Assembly (NCBI GenBank): GCA_965198175.1
Contig: OZ240245.1
Coordinates: forward strand, 4,640,001-4,704,000
DNA length: 64,000 bases
Direction of reading: 5' to 3'
From: Candidatus Poribacteria bacterium
Lineage (GTDB): Bacteria > Poribacteria > WGA-4E > PCPOR2b
Shown piece by piece: positions 1 to 10,479 of the stretch. Positions within the stretch are counted from its first letter, which is position 1, and each line of letters opens with the position of its first letter. The notes under the pieces are model-generated. The model saw nothing but the letters and a program-made list of their open reading frames with translations, ran no database searches and had not been told where the DNA came from. A program made the translations under genes and the position numbers.

Positions 1-1505
1 ACTTCCAAAAGCTGCTGCGCGCACGGGGTCTCACTATCGGATGCGTACAAGTGGTCACCCAACATGAGTAGAAAGGGCTCATCCCTTACCCACTTCCGTG
101 CACAAAATACAGCATGTCCAAACCCTTCCTGAACATCCTGGGTAACCAGTGTAATTCGGTGTCCCAAGTCGAGGAGATACTGACAATACTGCTGGTCCGC
201 CCGGGACAGTTTATTGAAGTTTTCCACTCGTGGTGGTGCGCTGAAAAACTCTTCGAACAGTTTGCGGTCTCCGCTTTGCACAATCAGACAAATCTCTTCA
301 ATTCCGGCGCTGATTGCTTCCTCAACAATCGCCATAATCACGGGCTTGGCTCGTCCTTCTCGATCGATGATAGGAAATAGCTCCTTTTTTATCGCCTTTG
401 AGGCAGGGAACAAACGGGTGCCAAAACCCGCCGCAGGGATGACTGCCCTCCGAACTCGCCGTCCTGACTGAATCGCAAGCTTCAAACATGACATCTGAAG
501 ATCTCGTTCAAGAATATCGATGACCTTCTGCTGGCTCTCTTCATCTTTGACAATAAATTGCGCGGAGCCATCCCCTTGTGAGCCTACGCCCTTTCCACCG
601 AGTATATACGGCTGAATAGCTTCATAATTCAGGACTTGGTGTAGGACTGGGGCAGTTAATTGTGACGGGCATGCGGGCTGAAGATGCTTGTCGAATTCCG
701 CCTGCGCTCTTTTCATGAGGCTGCCAATTCGTACCGCATCTCCCTTGCGCAGCGCATCGGATGCCTCGTGAGTTACTTCTGCGTTAATCTGCCCTAGATA
801 TTTCTGGACATTTTTTTGGAGTTCGTCCTCAGCAAAAGGATAACAGTGATTCAGTCGGTTCAGAATTTCTTTGGTGTCTTTACTAGCTCCAAGGTCTACA
901 ATGACAAAGAACAAGTCGTTCGGTATACTAAGGGGCTCGACATCAATTCGATCGCCGTCGAAGGTCATCATGATGGGACGATTCCCGTACGCGCACCCCT
1001 GATCCATCCGACCACAGCGGGAAGGCGTAGTAATCTCACCGAGGTATGCGCACTCCATTTCGCCGCGAACCGTCAATTTTAAATCATAAATTCGGTTGAA
1101 TGCACGGGCGACCAGCACGCAGACCGCGGCGCTGGACGAAAGCCCTTTCTTCACAGGCAGATCTGTACGGTAGTTATTAATCTCAAGTCCGCGCACACGG
1201 TAGTGAGTAAGAATCTGATAGGCAACGCCGGCAGCATAACTGAAAAAACCGCCCTTTTCAGCCTCGGCTAGCAGCGTTTCACGCTCCATAGACAGTTCAA
1301 AGGGACCTTCTCGTGTTTCATCGCTCAGCGAGGTATAAAGAATCAGTTTGGTTGGATGTGGCTTTACTTCGGCGTACAGTCCTTGACTGGTGCCCGTGAT
1401 TAGTGTGTAACCCTTCTCTAAATTGGCATTGGTGCGACGATAGCCGCCTGCCCAATCGCTGTGCTCACCAAATAGACAAATACGTCCCGGCGCAAAAATC
1501 TTCAA
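1..1505 (-). CDS. GHMP-family sugar kinase fused to C-terminal NTP-sugar-1-phosphate nucleotidyltransferase (GalU-like); runs off window start
   Basis: Manual translation (absent from ORF track). TTG start at 1505 after a purine-rich SD-like tract, reading KIFAPGRICLFGEHSDWAGGY, then GLSSSAA and GGKGVGSQGDG GHMP motifs. AVIPAAGFGTRLFPASKAIKKEL lies in the same frame at ~390-446. Confidence 0.85.
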   Translation of the reverse strand, partial: MKIFAPGRICLFGEHSDWAGGYRRTNANLEKGYTLITGTSQGLYAEVKPHPTKLILYTSLSDETREGPFELSMERETLLAEAEKGGFFSYAAGVAYQILTHYRVRGLEINNYRTDLPVKKGLSSSAAVCVLVARAFNRIYDLKLTVRGEMECAYLGEITTPSRCGRMDQGCAYGNRPIMMTFDGDRIDVEPLSIPNDLFFVIVDLGASKDTKEILNRLNHCYPFAEDELQKNVQKYLGQINAEVTHEASDALRKGDAVRIGSLMKRAQAEFDKHLQPACPSQLTAPVLHQVLNYEAIQPYILGGKGVGSQGDGSAQFIVKDEESQQKVIDILERDLQMSCLKLAIQSGRRVRRAVIPAAGFGTRLFPASKAIKKELFPIIDREGRAKPVIMAIVEEAISAGIEEICLIVQSGDRKLFEEFFSAPPRVENFNKLSRADQQYCQYLLDLGHRITLVTQDVQEGFGHAVFCARKWVRDEPFLLMLGDHLYASDSETPCAQQLLE

Positions 1506-1806
1506 TCCCTCTTTCCTCCAGTTTTTTACTTGCTTCGGCAAAATCGGTAAAGCCAACAAGAACTACGTTAAATGGTAGTATATGGGCTGCCCTTTGGTCA
1601 ACACTTTTTCCGTAACTTTTGCCAAATTCGTCTTCTCTTCAACCCAGACACGGTTTCATGTACCATTTTCCTGTTTTTTTTCGTTATAGTACCGTGTCAA
1701 TATGCCAGACCGGCACTATAGATTTCCGTCGAATAGCTGGACGACCACAGTGGAGAAATTTATAGCCTCAGTCAATAAAGAAAAACATAAAAGTTCTGCT
1801 GGAGAC

Positions 1807-1835
1807 TTGATTTTCATTTCACGGTGCGCTATAAT
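1807..1835 (+). promoter_or_regulatory. sigma70-type promoter candidate
   Basis: TTGATT-17nt-TATAAT upstream of the 1923 ATG. Confidence 0.55.
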
Positions 1836-1922
1836 GAGGTTTGTACAATAATAATGTTTTGATTGTGTATAAGAAACGCTTAGGAAAATGACCACCGCTG
1901 GAACGAAGGGGAATTTCAAGGG

Positions 1923-3017
1923 ATGAAAAAAACTCCTCTCTATGAAACTCATCGCGATCTTGGCGCGACTTTTAGAGAGATTCATGAAGGCTGGGAATTG
2001 GTTGACCATTTCACTAATCCTCAGCAGGAACACCATGCGGTGAGAGCTGGGGTTGGCATTTTAGACCTCTCGCATCGCGGTAGGCTTCGCCTCACTGGTG
2101 AAGATCGCGCGAAATATTTACATCGGATTGTCTCCAACGATGTTGAAGGACTTAAAGTCGGGGAAGGAAACTACGCAACCATCTTGACAAATCGTGGGAA
2201 ACTCCTTGCAGACATGAGAATGTATGTTTTGGAGGGAACTATCGACATTGAGACCAGCGCAGAAACAACACAAATTCTCACCCGAGAATTAGAAAAGTAC
2301 CTAATCGCGGACGATGTGGCTATAGAGGATGTTACAGATAGGACAGGTCTGATTGGATTACACGGTCCAAAATCGGTGGATTTTATCCGGAACGCCTTTG
2401 GAATCGACCTTGATGGACTCCATGAACATCATACAGTTTCTAATAGAGTGGAAGGCCAGTGGATTGTGTGTATTCGGGCAAACGAAACCGGTGAAATTGG
2501 CTACAACCTCTACACAACGTCTGCATCAACGGAATGGCTATGGGATGCGACCCTGACCAAAGGACGGGAGTTTGACGCTTACCCCGTGGGACTGACTGCC
2601 CTGAATTCACTTCGGATTGAAGCAGGACTCCCTCAATACGGCGCAGAATTGAACGATTCAATCATCCCACTAGAAGCAGAGCTAGAGAATGCTCTCGATT
2701 TCGAGAAAGGGTGCTATATTGGTCAGGAGATTGTCGCACGGATGAAGCATCGCGGTCACCCGAATCGACTGTTGCGGGGATTCAATATTGACGACGATAC
2801 CCCACCGCAGCAGGGCAGTCTCATTTTCAGTGGTGAAAAGGAAGTTGGTTGGATTACTAGCGCGACCAATTCTCCAACGCTTGGTAAAACTATCGCCATG
2901 GGGTATGTGCGGACTGCCTTTACGGATAGTGGCAGTAAAGTAGAAGTCGAAACCACAACCGGTCGAGTGAACGCTACGGTCGTACTTCTACCCTTTATAA
3001 AACGTAAAAAGGGATGA
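1923..3017 (+). CDS. GcvT/YgfZ-family folate-binding aminomethyltransferase-like protein
   Basis: KTPLY N-terminus, LDLSHRG, LRIEAG, and the YgfZ signature KGCYIGQE. Confidence 0.85.
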   Translation: MKKTPLYETHRDLGATFREIHEGWELVDHFTNPQQEHHAVRAGVGILDLSHRGRLRLTGEDRAKYLHRIVSNDVEGLKVGEGNYATILTNRGKLLADMRMYVLEGTIDIETSAETTQILTRELEKYLIADDVAIEDVTDRTGLIGLHGPKSVDFIRNAFGIDLDGLHEHHTVSNRVEGQWIVCIRANETGEIGYNLYTTSASTEWLWDATLTKGREFDAYPVGLTALNSLRIEAGLPQYGAELNDSIIPLEAELENALDFEKGCYIGQEIVARMKHRGHPNRLLRGFNIDDDTPPQQGSLIFSGEKEVGWITSATNSPTLGKTIAMGYVRTAFTDSGSKVEVETTTGRVNATVVLLPFIKRKKG

Positions 3018-3083
3018 GTAGTTCAGAGATATGCCGTTCACGCCGACCAAGAACGATGCTAACTCAAGGACAGAGAAAACTTA

Positions 3084-3635
3084 ATGGAAACGAAAATCAA
3101 CCGAACGCTTCTTACAGTTGTTCAAGGGGATATCACCACTCAGGAAGTTGACGCCATCGTTAACGCTGCCAACTCCAGCCTGATTGGGGGTGGCGGCGTT
3201 GATGGAGCGATTCGTCGTGCGGGTGGACCGAAGATCTCGGAAGAATGTAAAGAGATTCGCGCCCGTCAGGGAGGCTGTCCCGCAGGGAAAGCAGTCATCA
3301 CAACGGGCGGAGATTTACTGTCGAAGTATGTCATTCATACCGTTGGTCCTGTGTGGCACGGCGGGAACTCAAATGAACCTGAAACTCTGGCAAGTTGTTA
3401 CCGAGAGAGTTTATCTTTAGCCCTAGACCATCAAATCGAAACAATCGCTTTCCCCTCGATTAGCACAGGAATTTTCGGTTATCCCACTGAGAAAGCGTCG
3501 GCTGTCGCTATCAACACGATTAAGTCATTCCTCGAAGGACATGAAGGTGTTGTGGAAGTCCGTTTTGTTTTGTTCGATGATGACACGTACCATTCTTATG
3601 AAGGAGCGCTTCGGGAACTTAGCGTTCAAACGTAA
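3084..3635 (+). CDS. ymdB: macrodomain O-acetyl-ADP-ribose deacetylase (YmdB-like)
   Basis: GDIT, AIVNAAN, GGGGVDGAI, IHTVGP, AFPSISTGIFGYP. Confidence 0.9.
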   Translation: METKINRTLLTVVQGDITTQEVDAIVNAANSSLIGGGGVDGAIRRAGGPKISEECKEIRARQGGCPAGKAVITTGGDLLSKYVIHTVGPVWHGGNSNEPETLASCYRESLSLALDHQIETIAFPSISTGIFGYPTEKASAVAINTIKSFLEGHEGVVEVRFVLFDDDTYHSYEGALRELSVQT

Positions 3636-3654
3636 TCATTAAGATTAGCTTAAC

Positions 3655-3688
3655 AAAAAAGCCATATAGTGTTGATTTGCTATATGGC
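3655..3688 (-). terminator. intrinsic terminator downstream of tRNA-Leu
   Basis: GCCATATAG...CTATATGGC 9-bp stem followed by a T-run on the minus strand. Confidence 0.65.
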
Positions 3689-3711
3689 GAATCTTGCAGC
3701 AGTGAGAACAA

Positions 3712-3795
3712 TGCCGGAGGTCGGACTCGAACCGACATGAGCCGAGGCTCGCTGGATTTTGAGTCCAGTGCGTATACCGATTTCACCACTCCGGC
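3712..3795 (-). tRNA. tRNA-Leu (anticodon CAA), CCA not encoded
   Basis: Reverse complement GCCGGAGTGGTGAAATCGGTATACGCACTGGACTCAAAATCCAGCGAGCCTCGGCTCATGTCGGTTCGAGTCCGACCTCCGGCA: acceptor stem, long variable arm, GTTCGA T-loop. Confidence 0.95.
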
Positions 3796-3889
3796 AGGAT
3801 ACATTTTATCGTAACATATCTCAGCAAAAATAACAAGAGCAAAATCCGTCGAAGCTGTGTAAAGTAACTCTTGGAGAGGTGTGAGTTAA

Positions 3890-5782
3890 TTGACTGTCTA
3901 TCCTAAACAATACGATGTTATCGTTGTCGGTGCGGGTCATGCCGGCTGTGAAGCCGCGCTTGCAGCATCGCGGATGGGATGTGAGACATTGATTGTCACA
4001 ATCAATTTAGACACAATCGCCAAAATGTCTTGCAATCCGGCGATTGGCGGACTTGCCAAAGGGCATCTCGTTAAAGAGATTGATGCTCTCGGCGGTGAGA
4101 TGGCAAAAAATATCGATAAAGCGGGAATTCAATTTCGCCAGTTGAATACGAAGAAAGGTCCCGCTGTCCGTTCAAGTCGTGCTCAAGCTGATAAAAAGGC
4201 GTATGAGTATGAGATGAAAAAAGTGCTGGAGAAACAAGCACACCTCGATATTAAACAAGTAATGGTCGAGGAGCTGCTGACGGAAGATGGAGGGTGCATC
4301 GGTATACTCAGTCATACCAAAACCGCCTATCTTGGCAAAACGGTTATCCTGACCACAGGCACATTTCTCAAGGGATTAGTTCATGTCGGCGAAGTATCTT
4401 ACAGTGCCGGACGTGCTGGAGAATCTTCCGCCGAGAAGCTATCAGAGAGTTTCTTGAAACTTGGGTTTGAAATCGGTCGTCTAAAGACCGGAACACCTCC
4501 CCGCGTCAAAAAAGATACCGTGAATTTTGATGTTATGGCGATTCAACCGGGTGATGAACCACCACGTCCGTTTTCTTTCTCAACTGAAAAAATCACTCAA
4601 CCGCAGATGCTGTGCCACTTGACCTATACGAATGAGAAAACGCACCAGATTATTCGGGACAACCTCCACAAATCTGCGATGTATAGTGGACGAATAACCG
4701 GTATTGGGCCCAGATACTGCCCTTCAATTGAGGACAAAGTGGTGCGCTTCTCTGATAAAGATCGCCATCAGATTTTTGTCGAACCTGAAGGCAGAGATAC
4801 TGATGAAATCTACTTGAACGGAATTTCCGCCAGCCTGCCTGAAGACGTTCAAGTTGAGATGGTGCACAGCATCGATGGGTTGGAAAACGCAGAGATTATG
4901 CGCTTTGCATATGCAGTGGAATACGATTTTGCCCCTGCAACGCAGATCTATCCAACCCTCGAAACGAAGCGTGTGGAGAATCTTTACTTTGCCGGTCAAT
5001 TGAATGGAACCACCGGTTACGAAGAAGCCGCTGCACAAGGGCTGATGTCCGGAATCAATGCTGCCTTAAAAGTACGCGGTGAAGAACCGCTAGTCCTCGA
5101 TCGTTCCCAAGCTTATATCGGTGTGCTAATTGATGACCTCGTTACGAGGGATATCCGCGAACCGTACCGCATGTTCACCTCACGTGCGGAGTATCGTCTA
5201 GAACTTCGCGAGGACAATGCCGACTTACGACTGACCGAAATCGGACAGCGAATTGGGCTTGTTGATGACTGCGCCTACAATCAATTCGGACATAAAAGGC
5301 AACTCATCCAAGAGGAGCTTGAACGCTTAAACCAAACAATTCTCAAACCAACCGCTGGGACGCTAGATAGCTTGAAACAAGTTGGGATCGATAGGTTAGA
5401 TAAACCAACTTCTCTGGCTGATTTACTCAAACGCCCTGAATTGAGTTATGAAGGGATTAAACAACTCTCGCTCCCTCTACAACTACTTCCAGCAGCGGTG
5501 GAGAAACAGGTGGAGATTCAGATTAAATATGATGGATATATTCGCCGTCAAATACTTCAGATTGAACAGTTCAAGAAGCTGGAGCATCTTCAGATTCCGG
5601 ACGATTTTGATTACGAAACCATCCACGGATTAAAAACCGAAGCACGTGAAAAACTCGCAGAGATTCACCCAGTGTCCATCGGGCAGGCGTCGCGCATCCC
5701 CGGTGTTTCGCCCGCGGATATCTCCATCTTGATGGTCTGGATCAAAGAATCCCAGCGAAGCCGAGCGGTGAAAATCGCCTGA
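3890..5782 (+). CDS. mnmG: tRNA uridine-5-carboxymethylaminomethyl modification enzyme MnmG/GidA
   Basis: VGAGHAGCEAA, MSCNPAIGG, GPRYCPSIEDK, GTTGYEEAAAQG, YRMFTSRAEYRL. Confidence 0.97.
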   Translation: MTVYPKQYDVIVVGAGHAGCEAALAASRMGCETLIVTINLDTIAKMSCNPAIGGLAKGHLVKEIDALGGEMAKNIDKAGIQFRQLNTKKGPAVRSSRAQADKKAYEYEMKKVLEKQAHLDIKQVMVEELLTEDGGCIGILSHTKTAYLGKTVILTTGTFLKGLVHVGEVSYSAGRAGESSAEKLSESFLKLGFEIGRLKTGTPPRVKKDTVNFDVMAIQPGDEPPRPFSFSTEKITQPQMLCHLTYTNEKTHQIIRDNLHKSAMYSGRITGIGPRYCPSIEDKVVRFSDKDRHQIFVEPEGRDTDEIYLNGISASLPEDVQVEMVHSIDGLENAEIMRFAYAVEYDFAPATQIYPTLETKRVENLYFAGQLNGTTGYEEAAAQGLMSGINAALKVRGEEPLVLDRSQAYIGVLIDDLVTRDIREPYRMFTSRAEYRLELREDNADLRLTEIGQRIGLVDDCAYNQFGHKRQLIQEELERLNQTILKPTAGTLDSLKQVGIDRLDKPTSLADLLKRPELSYEGIKQLSLPLQLLPAAVEKQVEIQIKYDGYIRRQILQIEQFKKLEHLQIPDDFDYETIHGLKTEAREKLAEIHPVSIGQASRIPGVSPADISILMVWIKESQRSRAVKIA

Positions 5783-5919
5783 AGTTCATGTAATGTGAAA
5801 ATTTTAAACCGCACCGAACAAACAAGGTCAGTCTTCAATGGGTCTGAGGGGAACACTAATTTTGAAAGTCTATAGCATCTTTTTTGGTCGCTGATGCGTA
5901 TGTAGATGAGATTCATAAA

Positions 5920-6627
5920 ATGTGTCAGGAAGATGAATTTCGAAACCTCCTAAAGCAAACCTTTCTTCATCACGGCTTCCCGCTAACAGATTTACAGATT
6001 AATCAATATATCACGTACTGGACTGAACTCAAACGCTGGAATTCACGGATCAATCTGACATCGATTCGGGATGATTATGGAATTATTGTTAAACACTTCC
6101 TCGATTCGTTGAGTGTGCTTCACCATTTTCCTATCAAACCGTACGATTCAGTGATTGATATCGGGACAGGAGCGGGCTTCCCTGGTGTTCCGATAAAAAT
6201 TCGCCTCCCCAAGATTCGGCTTATCCTAGTCGAATCTTCGCTGAAGAAGGTGAGTTTCCTACACTTCCTTATCGCTCAGCTCCGAAGGGATGCGCAATCG
6301 AATGCCTCCACAACATGGGAAAATGTACGTGTTATTGGGGAGCGCGCTGAAGAATGTGCTGAACAGAGCCAGCATGCCAACGCTTATGATTGGGTACTTA
6401 CACGTTATGTCGCCTCTCTGGAGGATTCGATAACTTACTGCCTGCCGCTACTAAAACCAGATGGAACATGGATTGCGTATAAGTCGCGTAACGTCGAAAC
6501 CGAAATTCGGAGGACAATTTCTAAATTGCAGCTCCGCGACGGAAGCATCCAATCCATTATTAACGGTCAAATTGACGAACTCAATCGCACCTACGTCGCC
6601 ATACGAAGGATTAAGGAGCTTCATTAG
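5920..6627 (+). CDS. rsmG: 16S rRNA m7G527 methyltransferase RsmG/GidB
   Basis: WNSRINLTSI, KHFLDSL, DIGTGAGFPG; follows mnmG. Start uncertain (5884 TTG or 5920 ATG). Confidence 0.92.
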   Translation: MCQEDEFRNLLKQTFLHHGFPLTDLQINQYITYWTELKRWNSRINLTSIRDDYGIIVKHFLDSLSVLHHFPIKPYDSVIDIGTGAGFPGVPIKIRLPKIRLILVESSLKKVSFLHFLIAQLRRDAQSNASTTWENVRVIGERAEECAEQSQHANAYDWVLTRYVASLEDSITYCLPLLKPDGTWIAYKSRNVETEIRRTISKLQLRDGSIQSIINGQIDELNRTYVAIRRIKELH

Positions 6628-6972
6628 ATGTTTGAGACAACCATCAGTAAGCACAATATCCCCATTCTTCGCGTTGAGGGCAAAATCATTGGAAATGCTG
6701 CACACGCACTTCGTCGTGAAATGGATAAGCAAATCGAGCAGAGCGAAGGGCGTCTGATTCTAGACTTGACGAACGTTCCACTACTAGATAGCGCCGCGCT
6801 TGGAATGATTATAGCCATCCTGCAGATTCTCAAAAAGCAGGGTGGGACGCTTGCCTTACTGAACCCGCAAAAAGCAGTTATGAATGTCTTACAGGTTACA
6901 CGACTTAACACCATTCTTGAAATCTACATGGACGAAGAATCTGCAATAAACGCGTTTAATCCGGACGGATAA
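6628..6972 (+). CDS. STAS-domain anti-sigma-factor antagonist
   Basis: 114 aa, LILDLTNVPLLDSAALG (phosphoacceptor DS motif). Confidence 0.85.
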   Translation: MFETTISKHNIPILRVEGKIIGNAAHALRREMDKQIEQSEGRLILDLTNVPLLDSAALGMIIAILQILKKQGGTLALLNPQKAVMNVLQVTRLNTILEIYMDEESAINAFNPDG

Positions 6973-6995
6973 CCATCATCAATTGACAACTGACA

Positions 6996-9302
6996 ATGAA
7001 ATCCATTTATCTCAAAACGGGCTTGCGAGGACAGCTTGTACTTCTTTTTCTGCTCGTTGCCCTTATACCTCTACTTGTCTTTTCCTTTTTGGCGCATCGA
7101 GACGGTAAGATTGCACTTAAGAACACAATTGGCGAAAGTTTCGTACGATCTGCAAGAGAAAAACTTAATAAAGCGGATTCAAGTATCAAGGGTCGGCTGC
7201 ATGACATCAAAAACCAGATGCAGACAATATATGACAAAGTCGCCCAAGCAAATGGAGATGATTTGTCAAATCCTCCAGAATTTCCCACGTTGCGCCGCAT
7301 TAATTTGACATTGCGAAATAGTATAAGGCAGCTTGAAGGATTCGCCGGTCCAGGTAGCCAGATTATTATTACGAATCTCCATCGGCAAATCATTATCTCA
7401 ACGGGTGAGAAACCAAGGGTACGACCAATCAATGACGAGTGGTGGCACAAAGCTTTTAATAATGGACTTGGCTATGATTTTATCGAGGACCTTCAATACG
7501 ACGAGGACGAAAAGCGCCACTTTCTGCCAGTTGCTTTACCTATCCGTAGGACTGAGAAATCAGATTCAAAATTGGTTGGTGTCCTCAGAGCCATCATTAC
7601 CCTCTCTGAACTTTCAGAACTTGTCAAGAGTTCACCCGAAGCGGATGAAATCATTCAGGGCATCGAAACTTTCATCATCAATAAGCATGGACGGGTGATT
7701 GCGGCTGCACCAGAAAGCGGGTACGATTTCCTAGATCATATTGAAGTGAGCGATGCTGTCGCCGAGTTCATAATTGCCGATGAGGCATACTATGGTTATG
7801 AGATGGAGGGAGAACGGAATTCTCAAGGCGAAAGGAAAGTTTATGCCTGGGCTCGCACCCGCTGGGAGAAAATAGCGGGAAAAGATGGGCTGAATTTTAG
7901 TGATTGGGCAATTTTGGTTTCGCAGCCTGAAAAGCTAGCTTTTCCAGAAATCACAAAACTCACACAACGCATCCTGACTTTCACGGTAGTTTCATGTCTG
8001 GTTGTTGTGATTATTGCTTTGATTGTCTCTCAACGGATTGTGACGCCAATTATGCGGGTGGCAAGGGCGGCGCGAGCCATTGGACAGGGTGACTTTAATC
8101 AGGAGATTCCAGTCACAAGTAGCAACGAGGTTGGCGTTCTGGCGGACGAATTTAATTCGATGCGAAGGCATCTCGAAAACGCGGTCGGGAAACTGACAGA
8201 AGAGGAGAAAAAGATGACCGCCATCGTGAACAGTCTTGCGGAAGGGCTGATTCTTGTGGATGGCGACAATCGTGTGCTTCACATCAATCCCGCTGCTGAA
8301 TATCTGCTGAACGTGAGCGCCGATCAGATCGGTGAAGATTTCACTCAAATTATCCGGGATGTGGAACTAACAAAAGTCTTCAAAGACAGTCAGTCACAGA
8401 TTCCACAAAATAAATCGGTCATCTCTGAAGTCAATTTAGACCATGATGGAGAGAAACTAGCGCTACGCATTGTCGCTAGCCCTTTCCTCGACGAAAACGG
8501 TATTTCGCTCGGAACGGTCTATGTTTTTGATGATATTACGCGGGAAAAGGAAATCGATCAGATGAAATCGGACTTCATTTCTCTCGTCTCCCATGAGTTG
8601 CGGACCCCGTTGACTTCAATCATCGGTTTCGTCTCCTTTATCCTTGATGGCAAAACGGGACCGATAAATGAAAAGCAACAAAACAGCCTTATCCGTGTCC
8701 AGCGCCAATCGAAGCGACTAGCAGCCCTCATTAGTGACTTGCTCGATGTTTCTCGGATTGAATCTGGTCGTATTCAAATGAACCAAGAGCCAATCATGCT
8801 TTTGGAGATTGCCAATCAGCGGATTGAAGAAATTCGTCCTCAAGCTGATGCCAAGGCAATTCAATTGAAATTTGTCGCCCCCGAATCTCTTCCAGCAATA
8901 TTAGGAGATGAAGCACGGATAGGACAGGCATTTACAAACCTCATTGGCAATGCCATCAAATTTACACCCGACAACGGTGAAGTCACTGTGAAGCTCAAAG
9001 TCGATGGCAATCTCCTTCATGTTGAAGTTATTGATACGGGACCAGGCATTCCAGTTGAAGAGCGACAGAAAATATTCGAAAAGTTTTATCAACGCAGCGA
9101 TATTCACACACGTCAGAAAGGCGGTTCTGGGTTGGGGCTATCAATCACAAAAACCATTGTTGAAGCGCATGGTGGAACACTATGGGTTGATGATGGAGAG
9201 CAAGGGAAAGGCAGCAATTTTCAGTTTGTACTGCCTTTGCCGGGTCCCATCACCCATCAATCGACAGAGGCCGATCAGCAGGAGCATACAGATAATGGCT
9301 GA
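6996..9302 (+). CDS. membrane sensor histidine kinase (periplasmic Cache-like, HAMP, PAS, HisKA, HATPase)
   Basis: Two TM segments, HAMP (NEVGVLADEFN), SHELRTPLT, NLIGNAIKF, DTGPGI, GSGLGLSI. Confidence 0.92.
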   Translation: MKSIYLKTGLRGQLVLLFLLVALIPLLVFSFLAHRDGKIALKNTIGESFVRSAREKLNKADSSIKGRLHDIKNQMQTIYDKVAQANGDDLSNPPEFPTLRRINLTLRNSIRQLEGFAGPGSQIIITNLHRQIIISTGEKPRVRPINDEWWHKAFNNGLGYDFIEDLQYDEDEKRHFLPVALPIRRTEKSDSKLVGVLRAIITLSELSELVKSSPEADEIIQGIETFIINKHGRVIAAAPESGYDFLDHIEVSDAVAEFIIADEAYYGYEMEGERNSQGERKVYAWARTRWEKIAGKDGLNFSDWAILVSQPEKLAFPEITKLTQRILTFTVVSCLVVVIIALIVSQRIVTPIMRVARAARAIGQGDFNQEIPVTSSNEVGVLADEFNSMRRHLENAVGKLTEEEKKMTAIVNSLAEGLILVDGDNRVLHINPAAEYLLNVSADQIGEDFTQIIRDVELTKVFKDSQSQIPQNKSVISEVNLDHDGEKLALRIVASPFLDENGISLGTVYVFDDITREKEIDQMKSDFISLVSHELRTPLTSIIGFVSFILDGKTGPINEKQQNSLIRVQRQSKRLAALISDLLDVSRIESGRIQMNQEPIMLLEIANQRIEEIRPQADAKAIQLKFVAPESLPAILGDEARIGQAFTNLIGNAIKFTPDNGEVTVKLKVDGNLLHVEVIDTGPGIPVEERQKIFEKFYQRSDIHTRQKGGSGLGLSITKTIVEAHGGTLWVDDGEQGKGSNFQFVLPLPGPITHQSTEADQQEHTDNG

Positions 9303-10479
9303 GACAATTTTAGCCGTAGATGATGATATTGACATCCTCGAATTGGTCGAGGCGAGCTTGACAGCCGATGGGTTCAATGTTATAACCGCGTCCGACGGTC
9401 GTGGTGCGTTGGAAAGCGCTAGAGATTATGAGCCAGATCTCATTCTCCTAGATCTTATGATGCCGGAGATGGACGGTTTTGAGGTAATCGAAAAACTCAG
9501 ATCGGATGCAAAAACCCGTACAATCCCTGTCATCATGCTCACAGCAAAGGCGCAAACCCATGAAAAAATTCAGGGTTTGCGATCTGGGGCGGACGATTAC
9601 ATCACCAAACCGTTTCAGCTCGATGAGCTTACCGCGCGAATTGAAGCCGTTCTTGGTCGAACACGCCCGACAAAATTTATCAACCCTCTGATTGGGGCGA
9701 TGGGCGATCAGTTCAGCAAAGCAGGCGTAGAACAGTTAGCTTTCCATCTTAAGACAGCAGCGATAATCCAGCAAAAGCTGCTACCTCAGAAATCTCCCGT
9801 TTTGCCGGGATTTGATATCGCTGGCTTACTGCGGAGTTCGATGACAATATCGGGTGATTTTTACGATTTTATCCCGCTGACAGATAATCACCTGGGCGTT
9901 GCAATTGCAGATGTCCGCGGCAAAGGAATTCCGGCAGCTTTACTGATGGTAATGATCCGGACCGCTTTGCGACTCGTTTGCCGTGAAGAATCTTCGCCAG
10001 CCGCAGCGCTAAAGCGAATCAACGATCTGCTTTTCGCGGATACCGACCCAGATCTTTTTGCAACGATGATTTATGGGATTTTGGATACGGAATCAATGAC
10101 CTTCACCTATTCAAATGCAGGACACTGTTACCCACTGTTTTTGAAGAATGAAGGCGCCACCATCACTTCGCTGAGAGCCGGTGGCATGATATTAGGCAGC
10201 TTCGATTTTGCAACGTTTCAATGTGAGACAATTCAATTCGCACCTGGCGATGAGATGCTTCTATACACGGATGGCGCTACAGAAACAGAGCGAAGGGACG
10301 ATGGAGTGCTCTACGGTGAAGAAAAGCTCATTGAATGTATTGAATCAAACAGACACTTATCTGCTGAAACGCTTTGCGAGGCAATTGAGGCAGATCTCTT
10401 GAAGTTCAGTGGAACGCAGAATCATCGGAATGATGACCTTACAATTGTCGCCATAAAAGTCAAGCATGGGGAGAAGTAG
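9295..10479 (+). CDS. receiver-domain PP2C/SpoIIE phosphatase (RsbP/RsbU-like)
   Basis: ATG 9295 overlaps the kinase end; ILAVDDD...LLDLMMP...DDYITKPF, then SGDFYD, IADVRGKG, YTDG, DDLT. Confidence 0.9.
   Translation: MAETILAVDDDIDILELVEASLTADGFNVITASDGRGALESARDYEPDLILLDLMMPEMDGFEVIEKLRSDAKTRTIPVIMLTAKAQTHEKIQGLRSGADDYITKPFQLDELTARIEAVLGRTRPTKFINPLIGAMGDQFSKAGVEQLAFHLKTAAIIQQKLLPQKSPVLPGFDIAGLLRSSMTISGDFYDFIPLTDNHLGVAIADVRGKGIPAALLMVMIRTALRLVCREESSPAAALKRINDLLFADTDPDLFATMIYGILDTESMTFTYSNAGHCYPLFLKNEGATITSLRAGGMILGSFDFATFQCETIQFAPGDEMLLYTDGATETERRDDGVLYGEEKLIECIESNRHLSAETLCEAIEADLLKFSGTQNHRNDDLTIVAIKVKHGEK

Noticed and set aside
3712..3795. tRNA as an island integration site
   Set aside because: Flanked by core genes; no integrase and no duplicated tRNA 3' end seen
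3619..3804. 61-aa ORF on the minus strand
   Set aside because: Overlaps tRNA-Leu; spurious
9004..9294. 97-aa N-terminal extension of the REC-PP2C ORF
   Set aside because: Overlaps the kinase HATPase domain; the receiver domain starts at ATG 9295
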